A stretch of 64,000 nt of DNA from Dehalococcoidia bacterium (GTDB taxonomy: Bacteria; Chloroflexota; Dehalococcoidia; GIF9; UBA5629). Positions within the stretch are counted from its first letter, which is position 1; each line of letters starts with the position of its first letter. Under the pieces are notes generated by a model. The model was not told where the DNA came from and ran no database searches. It saw nothing but the letters and a program-made list of their open reading frames with translations. Location: the NCBI GenBank assembly GCA_050011565.1, contig JBEKIW010000001.1, forward strand, positions 256,001 through 320,000, in the 5' to 3' direction. Positions 61,350 through 64,000 of the stretch are shown here, piece after piece. The position numbers and the translations under genes were made by a program.

Positions 61350-61366
61350 TAATGCAATTAGTTGCA
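61350..61366. promoter_or_regulatory. Fur-family operator candidate TAATGCAATTAGTTGCA overlapping the -35 of a TTGCAA-17-TATACT promoter
   Basis: Palindromic TGCAA-N4-TTGCA; exact 17-bp copy at 61847-61863. Confidence 0.7.
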
Positions 61367-61399
61367 AATAGGCACTATTTTTGTTATACTTTAACCGAT

Positions 61400-61816
61400 A
61401 TGAGTTGCGCTCAAGTGCTCAGGGGAATGGGCTATCGATTGACACCGCAAAGGATGATGGTGGTCGAGGCTCTGCATGATACCGATAAACATGTCAGTGC
61501 CGAGGAGATATATGCCAGGGTGAAAGAGAAATACCCTTACGCCAACATTTCTACGGTTTACCGGACACTGGAATTGCTTAAGGAACTTGAGCTGGTTAAC
61601 GAGATCGCCCTGGGAGACGGGTGTGTTCGCTTCCATCCCGCCGAGAAAGGGCGTCATCATCATCTGGTATGTCAGAAATGCCATAGTATAATCGACTTGC
61701 CCGAATCAGCACTGGCTCCTTTGGAAGACGTCCTTTCGGAAAAACATCAGTTTAAAGCTGATTTAAAACATACGGCTGTTTTCGGCCTGTGTTCCGAATG
61801 CCAGGATAAGGCTTAG
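61400..61816 (+). CDS. Fur-family metal-responsive repressor (Zur/Nur-like)
   Basis: G.RLTPQR, H.SAEEIY, STVYRTL, HHHLVCxxC and C-terminal CxxC. Confidence 0.93.
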   Translation: MSCAQVLRGMGYRLTPQRMMVVEALHDTDKHVSAEEIYARVKEKYPYANISTVYRTLELLKELELVNEIALGDGCVRFHPAEKGRHHHLVCQKCHSIIDLPESALAPLEDVLSEKHQFKADLKHTAVFGLCSECQDKA

Positions 61817-61846
61817 CAGAGCCAAGCAATTTTTATTTTTGGGTAT

Positions 61847-61863
61847 TAATGCAATTAGTTGCA
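61847..61863. promoter_or_regulatory. Second Fur-family operator copy upstream of cbiM
   Basis: Identical TAATGCAATTAGTTGCA. Confidence 0.7.
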
Positions 61864-61906
61864 GTTGCATTTTATTGAATAGAAAGCTATTGGAGGACGT
61901 TTTTAG

Positions 61907-62548
61907 ATGCATATTCCAGATGGTTTCATCAGTACACCGGTGGCAGTAGCCGGAATCGCAGTGGCTGCTGGCAGCGTGGCCTATGCAGTAAAGGCGACGA
62001 ACAAGAAAATGGGTGAGAGGCAGGTGCCTATGATGGGTGTCTTGGCTGCCTTCATTTTCGCAGCGCAAATGCTGAATTTCCCGGTGGCTGGAGGGACTTC
62101 TGGGCATTTCGTAGGCGCAGCACTGGCTGCAATCATATTAGGGCCGTGGTCGGCGGTCCTGATAATGAGCTGTGTGCTGATGGTCCAATGTCTCATATTT
62201 CAGGATGGCGGTCTGCTCGCGCTGGGCGCGAACATACTCAATATGGGCGTGATTGCCGTGTTTGTCAGTTATTTCACTTATAAGGGCATATTTGCCGCTA
62301 TAAGGGGCAGCAAGACGGGACGGTTGGTCGCCGCTGGCGTAGGAGCTTGGATATCAGTTGTGGTATCGGCACTGGCCTGCGCCGCCGAGCTTTCTATTTC
62401 GCGCACCGTGCCCTGGCAAATAGCCATCCCGGCCATGGGGATAGTTCATATGGCCATCGGTGTCGGTGAAGGGCTTATCACAGTCGCGGTGGTTGCCCTA
62501 GTTATGGGTACGCGTCCTGACCTGCTGGAACTGCAACAAGCTACTTAA
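61907..62548 (+). CDS. cbiM: ECF-type Ni/Co transporter substrate component CbiM/NikM
   Basis: MHIPDGF N-terminus; AAFIFAAQMLNFPV.GGTSGH and DGGL.ALGAN motifs. Confidence 0.93.
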   Translation: MHIPDGFISTPVAVAGIAVAAGSVAYAVKATNKKMGERQVPMMGVLAAFIFAAQMLNFPVAGGTSGHFVGAALAAIILGPWSAVLIMSCVLMVQCLIFQDGGLLALGANILNMGVIAVFVSYFTYKGIFAAIRGSKTGRLVAAGVGAWISVVVSALACAAELSISRTVPWQIAIPAMGIVHMAIGVGEGLITVAVVALVMGTRPDLLELQQAT

Positions 62549-62564
62549 GGAGGTAAAGACAGGA

Positions 62565-62849
62565 ATGAAATTCAAATGGTGGCATGGAGTCCTGATTCTA
62601 GCCTTGCTTTTGGTAATATTGTCTCCTTTGGCTTCTTCGTCGCCAGATGGTTTGGAAAGGGTGGCTGAAGATAAAGGTTTTATTCATGTAGCTCTTGCCC
62701 CTCTCTTCAATATTTTCCCTGATTATGTGGTACCTGGAGTGACGAATGAAGCTGTGGCCACAATTCTGGCTGGAATAGTGGGCACTCTTATACTCTTTGG
62801 CATTGGCTATGGGCTGGCTAAGTTATTGAGGACAAAAGGTGAAGCATAG
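62565..62849 (+). CDS. PDGLE-domain protein (NikN-like)
   Basis: ASSSPDGLERVAE...FPDY. Confidence 0.9.
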   Translation: MKFKWWHGVLILALLLVILSPLASSSPDGLERVAEDKGFIHVALAPLFNIFPDYVVPGVTNEAVATILAGIVGTLILFGIGYGLAKLLRTKGEA

Positions 62850-63609
62850 CTTTATTGACGAATATAGCCACCTGAATAGCGTTATCCACAGGCTTGACCC
62901 GCGGACTAAGCTTATTGCCAGCCTGGCTTTTATCGTAGCTGTTGTGTTGACGCCGACCAGTAATTGGCGGGTTTTTGCCTTTTATTTTGCCATTATTGCT
63001 TTTATGCTGGCATTCTCCAGGTTGCCATCCGCTTATGTTCTAAAGAGATCTCTGGTGATTTTGCCCTTTGTTTTGTTGATTGCTATCTTTATCCCCTTTT
63101 TTAAAGAGGGGGAGGTGGCTGGAAGCTATAATATCTGGCTGTGGCAAATCTCGATAACCTATGATGGCTTGCTGATTCTGGCCAATGTTGTAGTTAAGTC
63201 TTGGCTCTGTATTTTGGCTCTGATTTTGCTGTCATCGACAACCAGGCTCGATGACTTACTAAAAGCACTTAAGCAATTGGGAATGCCGCAGGTGATGATA
63301 TTGATACTTTCTTTTATGTATAGGTACATTTTCGTGCTGGTCGACGAGGTAATGCGAATACAACAAGCTCGCGATAGCCGTAATTTTGGAGGCAGCCGGC
63401 TTCATCATCTAAAGACTATTGGCAACATGGTGGGCACTTTATTTATCAGGAGCTACGAGCGGGGTGAAAGAATATATGCCGCCATGTTAGCCAGAGGTTT
63501 TGACGGTCAAGTTCGCACTTTGCATAAACTGAGATTCAAACAGGCCGACGCCTATTTTGGTGCAGCGTTTAGTCTGGTACTTGTTTTACCATACATTATC
63601 TGGTTGTAG
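62839..63609 (+). CDS. cbiQ: ECF transporter T component CbiQ/NikQ
   Basis: HRLDPRTKL, YRYIFVL.DE..R...AR.SR and RSYERGERIY.AM.ARGF motifs. Confidence 0.93.
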   Translation: MKHSFIDEYSHLNSVIHRLDPRTKLIASLAFIVAVVLTPTSNWRVFAFYFAIIAFMLAFSRLPSAYVLKRSLVILPFVLLIAIFIPFFKEGEVAGSYNIWLWQISITYDGLLILANVVVKSWLCILALILLSSTTRLDDLLKALKQLGMPQVMILILSFMYRYIFVLVDEVMRIQQARDSRNFGGSRLHHLKTIGNMVGTLFIRSYERGERIYAAMLARGFDGQVRTLHKLRFKQADAYFGAAFSLVLVLPYIIWL

Positions 63610-63614
63610 GCGTT

Positions 63615-64000
63615 ATGGACAAAGTAATAGAAATTAAAAACCTTTCTTACAACTATCCCGATGGGCATAGGGGGCTAAGTAGCGTTGACCTGGTTGTTTG
63701 GCCCGGTGACAATGTGGCGGTGATTGGCCCTAATGGTGCCGGGAAATCGACACTTTTGCTTCATCTAAATGGTATCCTCCGCGGCAATAGTACTGTGAAG
63801 ATTTGCGGATTGACTGTGGAAGAAAAAAATCTGAAAGAGATAAGGAAGAAAGTCGGCTTGATATTCCAGGACCCTGAAGACCAGCTTTTTTCGTTGAATG
63901 TTTTTGATGACGTTGCCTTCGGGCCTATAAATATGGGCTTAACCGAATCTGAGGTGAAACAGCACGTTGCCCAGGCACTCGAGTGGGTGAATATGGCGGG
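63615..64000 (+). CDS. cbiO: ECF transporter ATPase CbiO/NikO (truncated by the window end)
   Basis: MDKVIEIKNLSYNYPDG...GPNGAGKSTLL...VGLIFQDPEDQLF. Confidence 0.92.
   Translation, partial: MDKVIEIKNLSYNYPDGHRGLSSVDLVVWPGDNVAVIGPNGAGKSTLLLHLNGILRGNSTVKICGLTVEEKNLKEIRKKVGLIFQDPEDQLFSLNVFDDVAFGPINMGLTESEVKQHVAQALEWVNMA

Noticed and set aside
61817-61906. Cobalamin riboswitch before cbiM
   Set aside because: The gap is only ~90 nt, AT-rich and lacks a B12 box; it holds the Fur-type operator instead.

Overview
This 64-kb window is bacterial chromosome, most consistent with Chloroflexota/Dehalococcoidia (inferred from protein sequences and gene order). Most of it is housekeeping: ftsK-rnj-udg, rph, proBA, CCA enzyme-secDF, nurA-herA, prfB with its programmed +1 frameshift, nfi, rpsP, a complete F1Fo ATP synthase operon, dtd, and a Fur-family regulator with an ECF Ni/Co transporter. 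The standout is a ~17-kb island (16.5-34 kb) of six secreted or surface proteins. Four of its transcription units each carry a c-di-GMP-II-like riboswitch with an overlapping terminator and a near-identical TTGACA-17-GAnTAT promoter; three also share a 23-bp-spaced direct-repeat motif that recurs in front of a BldC/HTH_17-like regulator inside the island. The island's protein architecture suggests an undescribed c-di-GMP-induced fibre or pilus system: a small subunit, a tip-like adhesin sharing the same C-terminal domain, a chaperone-like membrane protein and membrane anchors that begin with a GSF strand. Other observations include an IS6-family element with terminal inverted repeats, a target-site duplication and a passenger gene; an in-frame TAG in the gene between nurA and herA; an unannotated 38-aa membrane peptide inside the atp operon; a domain inserted into a DUF151 nuclease; and a duplicated Fur-family operator. 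All calls come from reading the sequence only; no database searches were run.
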